DNA of 45,482 nucleotides from Spirochaetota bacterium (GCA_035430785.1 DAOMHE010000001.1:1-45482), one strand, 5' to 3'. Positions 1 through 8,579 are shown, numbered from the stretch's first letter. Numbers and translations: made by a program. The notes: generated by a model from the letters alone, not told the origin.

Positions 1-186
1 ACTTATAACACTAGAGATAATGTGCTTCTTGAAAATAGATTGCTCAGCGGAATGGTATCTGTTATTATTATCAATATAGCTACTTAACAAATGTGAAGAA
101 AACCAAATTAGAAAAGTTGTGTTAAGCAAGGAACTTAAAACAAATATCAAAAATAATGTAAATAATCCTTTTTTTGTTATTTTCAT
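1..186 (-). CDS. hypothetical membrane protein, N-terminal fragment (gene runs off the left edge)
   Basis: My own minus-strand translation: ATG at 186-184 with an AGGGAGA SD about 7 nt upstream, open to position 1. MKITKKGLFTLFLIFVLSSLLNTTFLIWF... is a basic N-terminus followed by a hydrophobic helix. Absent from the ORF track (short, partial). Confidence 0.35.
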   Translation of the reverse strand, partial: MKITKKGLFTLFLIFVLSSLLNTTFLIWFSSHLLSSYIDNNNRYHSAEQSIFKKHIISSVIS

Positions 187-249
187 TTAATTTCTCCCTT
201 AAATAAATAACATCATTTACCTAAAAACAGTTCATCTTTCAAGGTCAGG

Positions 250-912
250 TTAATCTCTTTTCAAAAAATCATTTTCAAATAATTCATCAATATAATCATA
301 AAGGGTAAACCCTTTTCCGCATAAAGTATAATAAGCCATTAAATATATAATACTATATACATGAATGCTCCCTTCATTTTTAATTCTTTGTTTTATTCTT
401 TTATATAATTCCTTTATTTCTTTTTCATTATTTCCCGAATTAATGCAATTGATATACCTTTTAGCTAAGGGGCTTATTTCTTCGTTTAATTCTATATTTT
501 CGTTTAGTATTATTGAACATAAAATCACACTTTCATTGCATTCTTTTGGAATTTTATTCTTATAGTATTCATGAGCCCACTTTTTTAATTCATTAAGATA
601 CATTTTTAATTGTAAAAAATCTGGATTCTTATTCTTAAGAGAAATTATAAATGGACATAAATAATTATGCTCAAATCCCATAACTTCATTTTTTACACAG
701 TTTTTATCTTTATATTTTGTTAATATATATAAATATTTTTTTTCCCATAATAAAGATCTATCAAAATTCCCAATAGAAAAATGATCAATAATCATTCCGA
801 AAATACCCATCAACAAATTACTTGGATCTGAAATAGTATCAATCTCTGTTAAAATATTTTGAGTAACTTCTTCTTCAATTAATAAATTTTCTTTAATTTG
901 TGATAGCTTCAT
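250..912 (-). CDS. hypothetical cytoplasmic protein (220 aa)
   Basis: ATG start with an AGGGAAAG SD. No signal peptide. K/E/N-rich and probably helical, with several Cys. No family motif I recognise. Confidence 0.55.
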   Translation of the reverse strand: MKLSQIKENLLIEEEVTQNILTEIDTISDPSNLLMGIFGMIIDHFSIGNFDRSLLWEKKYLYILTKYKDKNCVKNEVMGFEHNYLCPFIISLKNKNPDFLQLKMYLNELKKWAHEYYKNKIPKECNESVILCSIILNENIELNEEISPLAKRYINCINSGNNEKEIKELYKRIKQRIKNEGSIHVYSIIYLMAYYTLCGKGFTLYDYIDELFENDFLKRD

Positions 913-1057
913 TTCTTTCCCTAATCAATCAAAATCAATATTATATTTGAAAAAGAAAACATGATCTTTAACCATAGAGACTATGAATGACGCAATTCTT
1001 AATGATATCAAGAATAAATTACTATGAAGATAAACTTATCAACTGATAATTATTTTT

Positions 1058-1072
1058 GATAATAATATTATC
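1058..1072. promoter_or_regulatory. perfect 7-1-7 palindrome GATAATA-A-TATTATC built from GATAAT hexamers (Fur-family-box-like operator candidate)
   Basis: GATAAT at 1045-1050 and 1058-1063, inverted ATTATC at 1067-1072. Lies just upstream of TTGACC (1076-1081) and the lipoprotein gene. Half-site spacing is 6-3-6, not the classical 6-1-6. Confidence 0.25.
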
Positions 1073-1093
1073 TTATTGACCTAGAATTTTTTA

Positions 1094-1108
1094 TCAATTA
1101 ATTGAACA
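1094..1108. repeat. TCAATTAATTGAACA, containing the 12-bp perfect palindrome TCAATTAATTGA; exact second copy at 8553-8567
   Basis: Read directly. Ends 30 nt before the ATG at 1138. An identical 15-mer recurs in the 8290-8612 intergenic region. Confidence 0.4.
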
Positions 1109-1137
1109 TTACAATCATAATAAAATCAGAGGATTCA

Positions 1138-1713
1138 ATGAAAAAACTATTAGTTCTAAGCTTCATGCTTTCAATTTGTTTTGGATGCGCAACTGGAGAA
1201 ATAAAATTTAAAAAAGATGAGTTCAAAGGAACGGATATTGCTTCCATGAAACTAAACATTTCTCTTCGTTTCCATTCAGAATTCGTCCGGGAATTTAAAA
1301 ACGGAAAACCCGGAGAAACCGTAGTTTACTGCACAATAAATACCGGCACAAGGGAGAAATCATTAAAAGAACAGGCTTTCATTAAAATTGATGATAAAAT
1401 TGAAAAAATCAATCTTTCTAATATTTCGGAGCAGGTAATAACAAACATAAAGACTACCACAACAACTACTGCGGAAATGGACGAAACAGGTTTTGTCGAT
1501 TTTACCAAAACAAACAAATCAACTTCAGTTGATTCAAACAGCCACAAAGAACATACTGCTGAAATAGTTCTAACCAAAGCTCTGGAAGAAAAGATTCTTA
1601 AATCATCAAATTTAACTTTCAGGTTTTACTTTGGAACTGAAGAATCAACTTATATTGTCAGCCCGGCAGATGCAGTCAAAATCAAAAACTTCTTGAACGC
1701 AGTACCGAAATAA
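1138..1713 (+). CDS. hypothetical lipoprotein
   Basis: ATG at 1138 with an AGAGGA SD 4 nt upstream; the track start at 1102 is a TTG extension. MKKLLVLSFMLSICFGC is a signal peptide plus lipobox Cys. Thr-rich linker. No known domain recognised. Confidence 0.7.
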   Translation: MKKLLVLSFMLSICFGCATGEIKFKKDEFKGTDIASMKLNISLRFHSEFVREFKNGKPGETVVYCTINTGTREKSLKEQAFIKIDDKIEKINLSNISEQVITNIKTTTTTTAEMDETGFVDFTKTNKSTSVDSNSHKEHTAEIVLTKALEEKILKSSNLTFRFYFGTEESTYIVSPADAVKIKNFLNAVPK

Positions 1714-1726
1714 TCGATTACCATAC

Positions 1727-1751
1727 AAGCCGGTTAATACCGGCTTTTTTT
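1727..1751 (+). terminator. intrinsic terminator
   Basis: AAGCCGGT-TAAT-ACCGGCTT, an 8-bp stem running into a 7-T tract, 14 nt after the stop codon. Confidence 0.65.
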
Positions 1752-1842
1752 ATCAAGTACCTAATCTCAAAGAATTTGTTGAAATCAATCTCTTTGAATG
1801 ATATATTTCAATAATATCGCTTGTATAGATTGAGGCTTTTAA

Positions 1843-2649
1843 ATGGATAATTCTATTTTATTCGCATTTTCACTTACTCTTTTCGCTGGATTATCAACAG
1901 GGATCGGAAGCCTCATCGGTTTGCTCTCTAAAAAATTCAATCCCAGACTACTGACTATTTCTTTAGGTTTTTCTGCCGGTGTAATGATTTATGTTTCAAT
2001 GATTGAAATATTCGTTAAAGCTAAAGACTCATTGAGTATAAGTTTGGGAAATAAACAGGGTTATATCTTTACAGTTGTTTCGTTTTTTGCAGGTATGTTT
2101 ATCATTGCTTTAATCGACAAACTAATCCCTTCTTACGAAAATCCTCATGAATTAAACGTTGAAAAAAAGATTCAAGATTCATCTGAGAAAGATAAAAGAA
2201 AGCTTCTGCGAATGGGAGCCTTTTCCGCTCTAGCAATCGGAATTCATAATTTCCCTGAGGGCCTTGCTACATTCATGAGCGGTTTGACTAATCCGACATT
2301 GGGAATCAGCATTGCCGTCGCAATAGCTATACACAATATTCCTGAAGGTCTGGCAGTTTCCGCACCTGTTTTTTACGCGACCAAAAGCCGCAAAAAAGCG
2401 TTTGTACTTTCTTTTCTCTCAGGACTCGCTGAACCGGTTGGAGCAATTATAGGATATTTTGTTTTAAGATCTTTTTTCAACGGAACTACCTTTGGTGTAA
2501 TTTTCGCCGCAGTTGCCGGCATCATGGTTTATATCTCTCTTGACGAATTACTTCCAACCGCTGAAGAATATGGAGAGCATCATCTGGCTATCGGGGGTCT
2601 CATCGCCGGAATGATTGTAATGGCTGCAAGTCTTCTGCTTTTTGCTTAG
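1843..2649 (+). CDS. zupT: ZIP-family zinc transporter ZupT
   Basis: 268 aa, about 8 TM helices. Duplicated HNFPEGLA / HNIPEGLA motifs typical of ZupT. TGAGG SD. Confidence 0.9.
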   Translation: MDNSILFAFSLTLFAGLSTGIGSLIGLLSKKFNPRLLTISLGFSAGVMIYVSMIEIFVKAKDSLSISLGNKQGYIFTVVSFFAGMFIIALIDKLIPSYENPHELNVEKKIQDSSEKDKRKLLRMGAFSALAIGIHNFPEGLATFMSGLTNPTLGISIAVAIAIHNIPEGLAVSAPVFYATKSRKKAFVLSFLSGLAEPVGAIIGYFVLRSFFNGTTFGVIFAAVAGIMVYISLDELLPTAEEYGEHHLAIGGLIAGMIVMAASLLLFA

Positions 2650-2678
2650 AGTCATCCACACGAAACTGTAACATCATC

Positions 2679-3341
2679 CTACTCTATTATTCTGTATTTC
2701 TTTCTGATAATTTCCTTTCTATCCACTTCAAAATGCCACCATTCAATTTCAATTGGATAGAATCCGGCCTTAGTCATAACACTTTTTAACAACATCCGGT
2801 TATTCTTTTGCTCATCCGTTAACCTTTTATTCTTTTTCATATGATAAAGCATTTTTGCGAGCTGAAGTTTATTTTTACGAAAAGGGTTTAGACCCATATC
2901 TATTTCATCATCATTTTCATCAACAATGACGACATCAACCGCAGCAGCGTAATTATGCATTGAACCGAACTTTGGATCGGCTACATATTTTTTCAAAGGA
3001 GTATTCTTCAGCTGATCGAACATTTGCTGACTTACGCTTCTTGGTCTGGCTCCATCATAAACCATCAGAGAATATGACTTATTTATGCCTTTTATTATTT
3101 TGCTCGCCCTGGATAATTTAACGGCAAGTTCTTCTCTGACGTAGCATCTTTTAAGTCCATCATAGAAATCTTTTCCAAAAAAGTTTTTATCTGAATCTGA
3201 ATTTACAAGATCAACTTTAATATTGTCATCATATTTCTTTACATCAACAAGTCCTTCTGCCAGAAACTTTTTCTCTATTTCATTAATGCCGGATTCATTT
3301 GAGCAGGATAAAACTAAAAAAGCGGCTATAATCAATTTCAT
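2679..3341 (-). CDS. M15 (VanX/DdpX-type) D-alanyl-D-alanine dipeptidase, lipoprotein form
   Basis: YDGARPRSVSQ, SMHNYAAAVD (H-x6-D zinc ligands) and EWWHFE match the VanX family. MKLIIAAFLVLSC signal/lipobox if translation starts at 3341. An alternative ATG at 3395 gives an ATGA overlap with the upstream GNAT stop. Confidence 0.8.
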   Translation of the reverse strand: MKLIIAAFLVLSCSNESGINEIEKKFLAEGLVDVKKYDDNIKVDLVNSDSDKNFFGKDFYDGLKRCYVREELAVKLSRASKIIKGINKSYSLMVYDGARPRSVSQQMFDQLKNTPLKKYVADPKFGSMHNYAAAVDVVIVDENDDEIDMGLNPFRKNKLQLAKMLYHMKKNKRLTDEQKNNRMLLKSVMTKAGFYPIEIEWWHFEVDRKEIIRKKYRIIE

Positions 3342-3391
3342 AACTCTTTCTATCTTCCATAGAAATTCATTAAAAGCAAATACTGATGCTT

Positions 3392-3856
3392 TCATTCAAT
3401 TATTTTCTCATACTGGAATAGTATAAGCTTTTTGTTGTTACTATCCGGATAATATTCTCCGGTTTTTGTGTATCCGGCTTTTTCGTAAAAATGATGATTC
3501 CTGAAACTTAAATGAGGTGTGTCAAGCTCCCATTTATGCGCATCAGGAAACTCTTCTTCCAGCAATTTTAATATCTTTTGTCCACAACCTTGATTCTGAT
3601 ATTCTGGAGAAAGAAAAAGGCATCCCAAACGATAGCTTCCGCCGGCAGTTTTGAAAACTACTGCAGCGCCGATTATATCTTTCTCTTTAACAAACTTAAA
3701 AGCAAATCCGTCTTCAATAAAACGTAATGTTCTGTTTTCAACATCAATTACAGGAGGATATTCCCCATATTTAATTTTATCTTCTTCAAAAGCAGAAATA
3801 GCCATTTCCGTCAGAATTGAAATATCTGGTTTAGTTATTTCTTCAAGCCTGATCAT
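3392..3856 (-). CDS. GNAT-family N-acetyltransferase
   Basis: 154 aa. Acetyl-CoA motif A region QNQGCGQKILKLLEE. Sits inside the polyamine operon. Confidence 0.8.
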   Translation of the reverse strand: MIRLEEITKPDISILTEMAISAFEEDKIKYGEYPPVIDVENRTLRFIEDGFAFKFVKEKDIIGAAVVFKTAGGSYRLGCLFLSPEYQNQGCGQKILKLLEEEFPDAHKWELDTPHLSFRNHHFYEKAGYTKTGEYYPDSNNKKLILFQYEKIIE

Positions 3857-3865
3857 AATCTATTA

Positions 3866-4732
3866 TTAAATTCGTCTCTGTACCATTCCCATCAGATTAT
3901 AGATTAAACGTGCCGCTGAAAATTCCGGATAATGAAGATTATCTATAGGTGCCAGTTCAACCAGATCAAATCCGATAAGTTTTCTTCCCTGCAGAATATT
4001 TTCAGTCATTTTAAAGAATTCTCTCCAGCTGAACCCGCCCGGTTCAGGTGTTCCGGTAGCCGGAAAAACATACGGATCAAATCCGTCCACATCTATTGAA
4101 AAGAATATTTTCTTCGGAAAAGCTTTTGGAAGAATCGGCTTTTTATAATTAATCGAATCAATTTTATCAGCGTTTATGTATTCCATTTTCTTTTGTTTTC
4201 TGAACTTATTCTCTTCTTCCGTCATAGATCTTATTCCAATCTGAAAAACAGGGATCCCTGCATCTACAGCATGTCTCATTGCACAGGCATGGCTGAAAGG
4301 AGAACCTTCATAATTTTCTTTGAGATCAGCATGAGCATCAAAATGAACTATACCGAATTTATTTTCATACTTCATCAATGCTTTTATCGTTCCGATGCTG
4401 ATAGAATGCTCGCCGCCGATAACAATAGGAAACTTTTTGAGAGCAAGTGTTTTTGAAACGGCATTCTCAACATTATCAAGAATTTTCCCGATGCTCCCCT
4501 TGCATTCAACAGCTTCAGAAGTATAAATTCCAAGTTCTGAAGGATTCGAATATCCGTCAAAACTCTCAAGCTGATTACTCGCGTTAAGAATTGCAGAAGG
4601 ACCGCTGGCCGTTCCTTTTCCGTAAGAAACCGTTTTTTCACAAGGAACCGGAATCACATGAAAAAAAGCGTTCCCCGCGCTTTTTGGCTCAGATTCACTT
4701 TCAAGAAAAGAAGGAAATTTTTTACTGAACAT
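3866..4732 (-). CDS. speB: agmatinase (arginase/ureohydrolase family)
   Basis: Ureohydrolase Mn-ligand motifs GGEHSIS, HFDAHADL and SIDVDGFDP. The agmatinase assignment comes from the operon context with carboxyspermidine enzymes. Confidence 0.8.
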   Translation of the reverse strand: MFSKKFPSFLESESEPKSAGNAFFHVIPVPCEKTVSYGKGTASGPSAILNASNQLESFDGYSNPSELGIYTSEAVECKGSIGKILDNVENAVSKTLALKKFPIVIGGEHSISIGTIKALMKYENKFGIVHFDAHADLKENYEGSPFSHACAMRHAVDAGIPVFQIGIRSMTEEENKFRKQKKMEYINADKIDSINYKKPILPKAFPKKIFFSIDVDGFDPYVFPATGTPEPGGFSWREFFKMTENILQGRKLIGFDLVELAPIDNLHYPEFSAARLIYNLMGMVQRRI

Positions 4733-4739
4733 CTTAACC

Positions 4740-5894
4740 TCACGAAAGTCTGTTTTTGAAATCGTTATAACCGAATCTTCTTAATATTTCTATATTTTTA
4801 TTTTCGTCCACAATCCCAATAGAAGGAAGTTTTAATCCGTTAAAAGTGTTAGTTTTAACCATTGAATAATGTGCCATATCAGTAAAAATCAGTCTGTCGC
4901 CGACGGATAATTCTTCATCAAATGAGTAATCTCCGATAGTATCTCCAGCGAGACAGCTCATTCCCCCCAATCTGTATGTGAATTTCTTTTCGCCCGCTTC
5001 ACCAGAATTTATAATAAACGGTCTGTAAGGCATTTCAATGACATCCGGCATATGAGCACATGCGCTTGTATCAAGAATAGCAATATCCATTCCATTCTTA
5101 ATAATATCAAGAACTTCAGCTATCAGATATCCTGCATTTAAAGCTACGGCTTCTCCGGGTTCAAGATAAACCTGTACGCCATATTTTTCTTTAAATTTAT
5201 TTATCGTTGAAATCAAAAGATCAGAATTATATCCGTCTTTTGTTATGTGATGCCCGCCTCCGAAATTAACATAATCGAGTCCTGAAAAATACCTGCCGAA
5301 TTTTTCTTCAACTGCTTCAAGAGTTCTGACAAGAGGCTCAGCATTTTGTTCACATAGAGTATGAAAATGAATCCCTTTTAATTCCGGAAGAAACTCTTCC
5401 CTGAAATTCGACAGAGTTATTCCAAGACGTGAATTTTTCTGGCACGGATCATATATTTCAACAGCACCTTCTGAATGCTCAGGATTAATTCTTACAGCCA
5501 GATCAATTTTTCTTCCGCAGTTTTTGATTCTATCCTTAAACCTTTCAAGCTGTGCAAAAGAATTAAAAACTATATGATCGGCAAATTTACAAAGCTCATC
5601 AATATCTGCTGTGCTGTATCCCGCGGCAAAAGCATGAACTTCTTTTCCGAAATATTCATAAGCGAGTTCTGCCTCATGAGGAGAGCTTGAGCAAGTCCCG
5701 TCCAGATAAGAGCTTATCAGCGGATAAAGAGAATACATTGAAAAAGCTTTCTGAGCCAGAAGAATTTTGCATCCGGTTGCATCTTTTACTTCTTTAAGCT
5801 TTCTCAGGTTCTTTTCAATCAAAGTTTTATCTACAATAAAGCAGGGTGTTTCAACCCTGCTTAAATCTTCACTTAGAATGTTGTTTCTTTCCAT
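4740..5894 (-). CDS. nspC: carboxy(nor)spermidine decarboxylase
   Basis: 384 aa, PLP-dependent group IV decarboxylase-like. N-terminal ETPCFIVD and GGG/EPGE-type motifs are typical of NspC/CANSDC. Overlaps the upstream gene by 22 nt. Confidence 0.9.
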   Translation of the reverse strand: MERNNILSEDLSRVETPCFIVDKTLIEKNLRKLKEVKDATGCKILLAQKAFSMYSLYPLISSYLDGTCSSSPHEAELAYEYFGKEVHAFAAGYSTADIDELCKFADHIVFNSFAQLERFKDRIKNCGRKIDLAVRINPEHSEGAVEIYDPCQKNSRLGITLSNFREEFLPELKGIHFHTLCEQNAEPLVRTLEAVEEKFGRYFSGLDYVNFGGGHHITKDGYNSDLLISTINKFKEKYGVQVYLEPGEAVALNAGYLIAEVLDIIKNGMDIAILDTSACAHMPDVIEMPYRPFIINSGEAGEKKFTYRLGGMSCLAGDTIGDYSFDEELSVGDRLIFTDMAHYSMVKTNTFNGLKLPSIGIVDENKNIEILRRFGYNDFKNRLS

Positions 5895-7051
5895 GGCAGC
5901 CCGTCTAGATTCATTCTTTCCATAAAAGGATCCGGATCCATTTCTTCAACATTGAAAACACCTTCTCCCTTCCAGATTCCTTTCATCATAAGCATCGCGC
6001 CTATCATCGCAGGAACTCCGGTTGTATAAGAAACGGCTTGTGCAAAAGTTTCTTTATAACTCTCTGCATGATCACAAACATTATAAATGAATTTCTTTGC
6101 CGGTTTTCCTTCCTTATCTTCTCCTTCTATCTGAACACCTATACATGTTTGTCCTGTATAGTTTTCACCAAGGCTTGCAGGTTCAGGAAGAAGAGACTTT
6201 AAAAATTCGAGTGGAACTATTTTCATTCCTTTATGTTCAACTTCATCAATACGGGTCATTCCGACATGTTCGAGAACTTTCAAATGAGTGATATAGTTTT
6301 CTGAAAAAGTCATCCAGAATCTGATTCTTTCAATCTCGGGATAATTTTTTACAAGAGACTCCAATTCTTCATGATATAGAAGATAACTTTCCTTATCACC
6401 GACTTCAGGGTAATAAATCGGCTTGTGAATGCTCATCGCTTCAATTTCTTTCCATTCGCCGTTTTCAAAAAAACGTCCGTTTTGTGTAATTTCACGGATA
6501 TTTATTTCAGGATTAAAATTAGTGGCAAAATGCTTTCCATGGTTTCCGGCATTGCAGTCAACGATATCCACATATTTCATTTTAGAAAAATAATGTTTCT
6601 TCATATAAGAAGTAAAGATATTAGTCGCACCCGGATCGAATCCGCAACCAAGAAGTGCCATTAAACCGGCTTTCTTGAATTTCTCCTGATATGCCCACTG
6701 CCACTTGTACTCAAATTTCGCAACATCTTTCGGCTCATAATTTGCCGTATCCAGATAATTAACGCCGGTCTCAAGGCATGCATCCATTATTGTAAGGTCC
6801 TGATAAGGAAGAGCAACATTTACTACGAGTTCAGGCTTAAAATCCTTGATAAGAGCAACCAGCTCAGGAACATTATCAGCATCAACACGTTCAGTACGTA
6901 TAGGTCTTTTCAACTGAGACGCAATCTTGTCGCATTTGGATTTTGTTCTGCTTGCCAGACATATTTCGCTGAAAACTTCCGGTTTCTGCGAGCACTTATG
7001 AGTCACAACCTGGCCAACTCCGCCCGCACCTATAATCAACAGTTTTGACAT
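5873..7051 (-). CDS. carboxy(nor)spermidine dehydrogenase/synthase (saccharopine dehydrogenase-like)
   Basis: MSKLLIIGAGGVGQ Rossmann N-terminus and full-length resemblance to CANSDH. ATG at 7051 with a GAAGAGGTGA SD; the track start at 7096 is a GTG extension. Confidence 0.9.
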   Translation of the reverse strand: MSKLLIIGAGGVGQVVTHKCSQKPEVFSEICLASRTKSKCDKIASQLKRPIRTERVDADNVPELVALIKDFKPELVVNVALPYQDLTIMDACLETGVNYLDTANYEPKDVAKFEYKWQWAYQEKFKKAGLMALLGCGFDPGATNIFTSYMKKHYFSKMKYVDIVDCNAGNHGKHFATNFNPEINIREITQNGRFFENGEWKEIEAMSIHKPIYYPEVGDKESYLLYHEELESLVKNYPEIERIRFWMTFSENYITHLKVLEHVGMTRIDEVEHKGMKIVPLEFLKSLLPEPASLGENYTGQTCIGVQIEGEDKEGKPAKKFIYNVCDHAESYKETFAQAVSYTTGVPAMIGAMLMMKGIWKGEGVFNVEEMDPDPFMERMNLDGLPWKETTF

Positions 7052-7197
7052 TAAGTCACCTCTTCCTTCATTGATAGTATCACCTAAAAAGCACACCTGT
7101 TTGAGTCAATATTAATTCCGCTTCTCGTATTCCAGATAAACAGCTGTTTTCTCGGCAGTTTCTTTTCCGAACAGTTATGACAAAACAAACAATTAAA

Positions 7198-7641
7198 CTA
7201 TTTTTTCAATGGTTCAGAAAAAACAAAAATAGAGATTATCATATCATTTTTGTCATATATATACGCAATTCCTTCATAGATAAGAGCAGTCCCATAAGCA
7301 GATAGAATATAATCACCTGATTTAATATCCATCTTTCGAGTTTGAAGAGGTTTTCCACACTTTACAAGAACCTCTTCCTTGTTCATTCCAACTCTTATTT
7401 TCTTATCAGTATAATACTTGTTGCTATAAACCAGAACGGATTTAAGAAATTTATCTTTTTCATACTGACAGTGAATTTCATCTGGATCATATTTTTTCTT
7501 ATTCTCTTTATTTGATTTATTTATCTTAAAATCACCAACACCATTATTAGGAACAATCAAAAACTTATCTGTCCCAGCACAAGAGAAAAGAAATCCAACA
7601 GTTATTACAGAAACCAGTCCCTTAATCAGATATTGAATCAT
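7198..7641 (-). CDS. hypothetical lipoprotein
   Basis: 147 aa. A signal peptide ending in the lipobox LFSC-AG. GAGGA SD. Confidence 0.65.
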   Translation of the reverse strand: MIQYLIKGLVSVITVGFLFSCAGTDKFLIVPNNGVGDFKINKSNKENKKKYDPDEIHCQYEKDKFLKSVLVYSNKYYTDKKIRVGMNKEEVLVKCGKPLQTRKMDIKSGDYILSAYGTALIYEGIAYIYDKNDMIISIFVFSEPLKK

Positions 7642-7681
7642 CTTTGTTTTTTCCTCAAAGCTTTTACTTCAGTTTTTTGTC

Positions 7682-7710
7682 ATATTAGATAATAGAAATA
7701 GCCTTTTCAA
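7682..7710 (-). promoter_or_regulatory. sigma70-like promoter for the 7641 lipoprotein gene
   Basis: Minus strand reads TTGAAA (7710-7705), a 17-nt spacer, then TAATAT (7687-7682), about 40 nt upstream of the ATG. Confidence 0.35.
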
Positions 7711-7827
7711 CCGATGTTCCCTGGTTAAGAAATTTTTTTCTTTTACGAATCTTAAAACCATTTTATTCCATATAATCCATCATCTTTTTCCATTCAGATC
7801 ATACCCATTAAGAAAATAGAGATTCAT

Positions 7828-8286
7828 TCACTCTTCATTTCTAAAGAAAACTTCAGCTTCAAAAAGTCCAAAAGCCGATTCAAAAGTCAGAGATATGTTT
7901 TCGTATAAAGCCTTCATCGGAATGGGGTCATTCTCAAATTCGGGAGCATTAAGAATAAGATCAAGATTCAGAAACTGAAGCTGGTTTGCAAAAGTTCCTG
8001 TTATCATATTAGCGAGCTCTCCCATTATATCCATTGACGCCTGCTTAAGTGCTTTTCCCTTAACGTCTGAATAAAGCTGCTCCGTAATTTTTTTCATGGT
8101 TCCGTCCGGAAATTTAAGAAAGATTTCTCCGCAGAAAGATCCCTCAATCTCCAGCCAGACTTTGTAATCAGCCTTTTTGCAGGCTTCCGCAACAGTTTTA
8201 ACCGAAGCATCTCCCAGAAAATTTGTAAAAATATGTTTAACCGATCTTTCAAGGCATTTAGAATATTTTCGGTAATTTTCGCTCAT
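7828..8286 (-). CDS. cheX: CheC/CheX-family CheY-P phosphatase-like protein
   Basis: One copy of the family motif D-x3-E-x2-N-x(21-22)-P, in DIMGELANMITG...NAP. Size about 150 aa, as for CheX. ATG at 8286 with an AGAGG SD; the track start at 8289 is GTG. Confidence 0.6.
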   Translation of the reverse strand: MSENYRKYSKCLERSVKHIFTNFLGDASVKTVAEACKKADYKVWLEIEGSFCGEIFLKFPDGTMKKITEQLYSDVKGKALKQASMDIMGELANMITGTFANQLQFLNLDLILNAPEFENDPIPMKALYENISLTFESAFGLFEAEVFFRNEE

Positions 8287-8501
8287 CACTCCCTCTTCTG
8301 CGACATAATTTATTTGTTAAATTTTCATAGAAATTCAATAAAATGAACTTATTCACATTTTATACAGAAACAAACTTTTTGTAATCAGTAAGCTGACATA
8401 ATCAATTATAATTTTTCAGTTAATAATTTATTTTTTAATTTTATAACTTCTGGAAAATTTAGGAGATACGTGCGTATTGAAAAATCAGCAGATTATTTAT
8501 T

Positions 8502-8550
8502 CAATTAATTTCCAGAAATCGCTGTTAAAAACCTTTCCGGAAATTAATTG
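8502..8550. repeat. 17-bp inverted repeat CAATTAATTTCCAGAAA / TTTCCGGAAATTAATTG (16/17), 15-nt spacer
   Basis: Read directly, in the 323-nt intergenic region downstream of the amidohydrolase gene. No clear U-tract follows on the minus-strand transcript. Confidence 0.5.
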
Positions 8551-8552
8551 AG

Positions 8553-8567
8553 TCAATTAATTGAACA
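8553..8567. repeat. second exact copy of TCAATTAATTGAACA (12-bp palindrome core)
   Basis: Identical to 1094-1108. Partial copies lie at 8501-8510 (TCAATTAATT) and 8543-8550 (ATTAATTG). Confidence 0.4.
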
Positions 8568-8579
8568 AATCACATAAAT

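Noticed and set aside
250-912. Possibility that the 220-aa Cys-containing helical protein and the downstream TM protein fragment (1-186) form an immunity/toxin-type pair.
   Set aside because: No recognisable toxin or immunity motif, and the partner gene is truncated by the window edge. The idea rests on adjacency alone.
1102-1137. Longest-ORF N-terminal extensions in the track (1102 TTG, 7096 GTG, 8289 GTG, 10552 TTG, 26508 ATG, 36604 ATG).
   Set aside because: In each case a downstream ATG has a properly spaced SD and yields a canonical N-terminus (signal peptide, Rossmann GxGxxG or the DnaA N-terminus). The extensions overlap upstream genes or lack an SD.
2652-2660. Isolated DnaA-box-like 9-mers: TCATCCACA (2652-2660) and TTATACACA (11771-11779).
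   Set aside because: Single 8/9 or relaxed-consensus matches are expected several times by chance in 45 kb of this composition. Only the abutting pair at 8580-8597 stands out.
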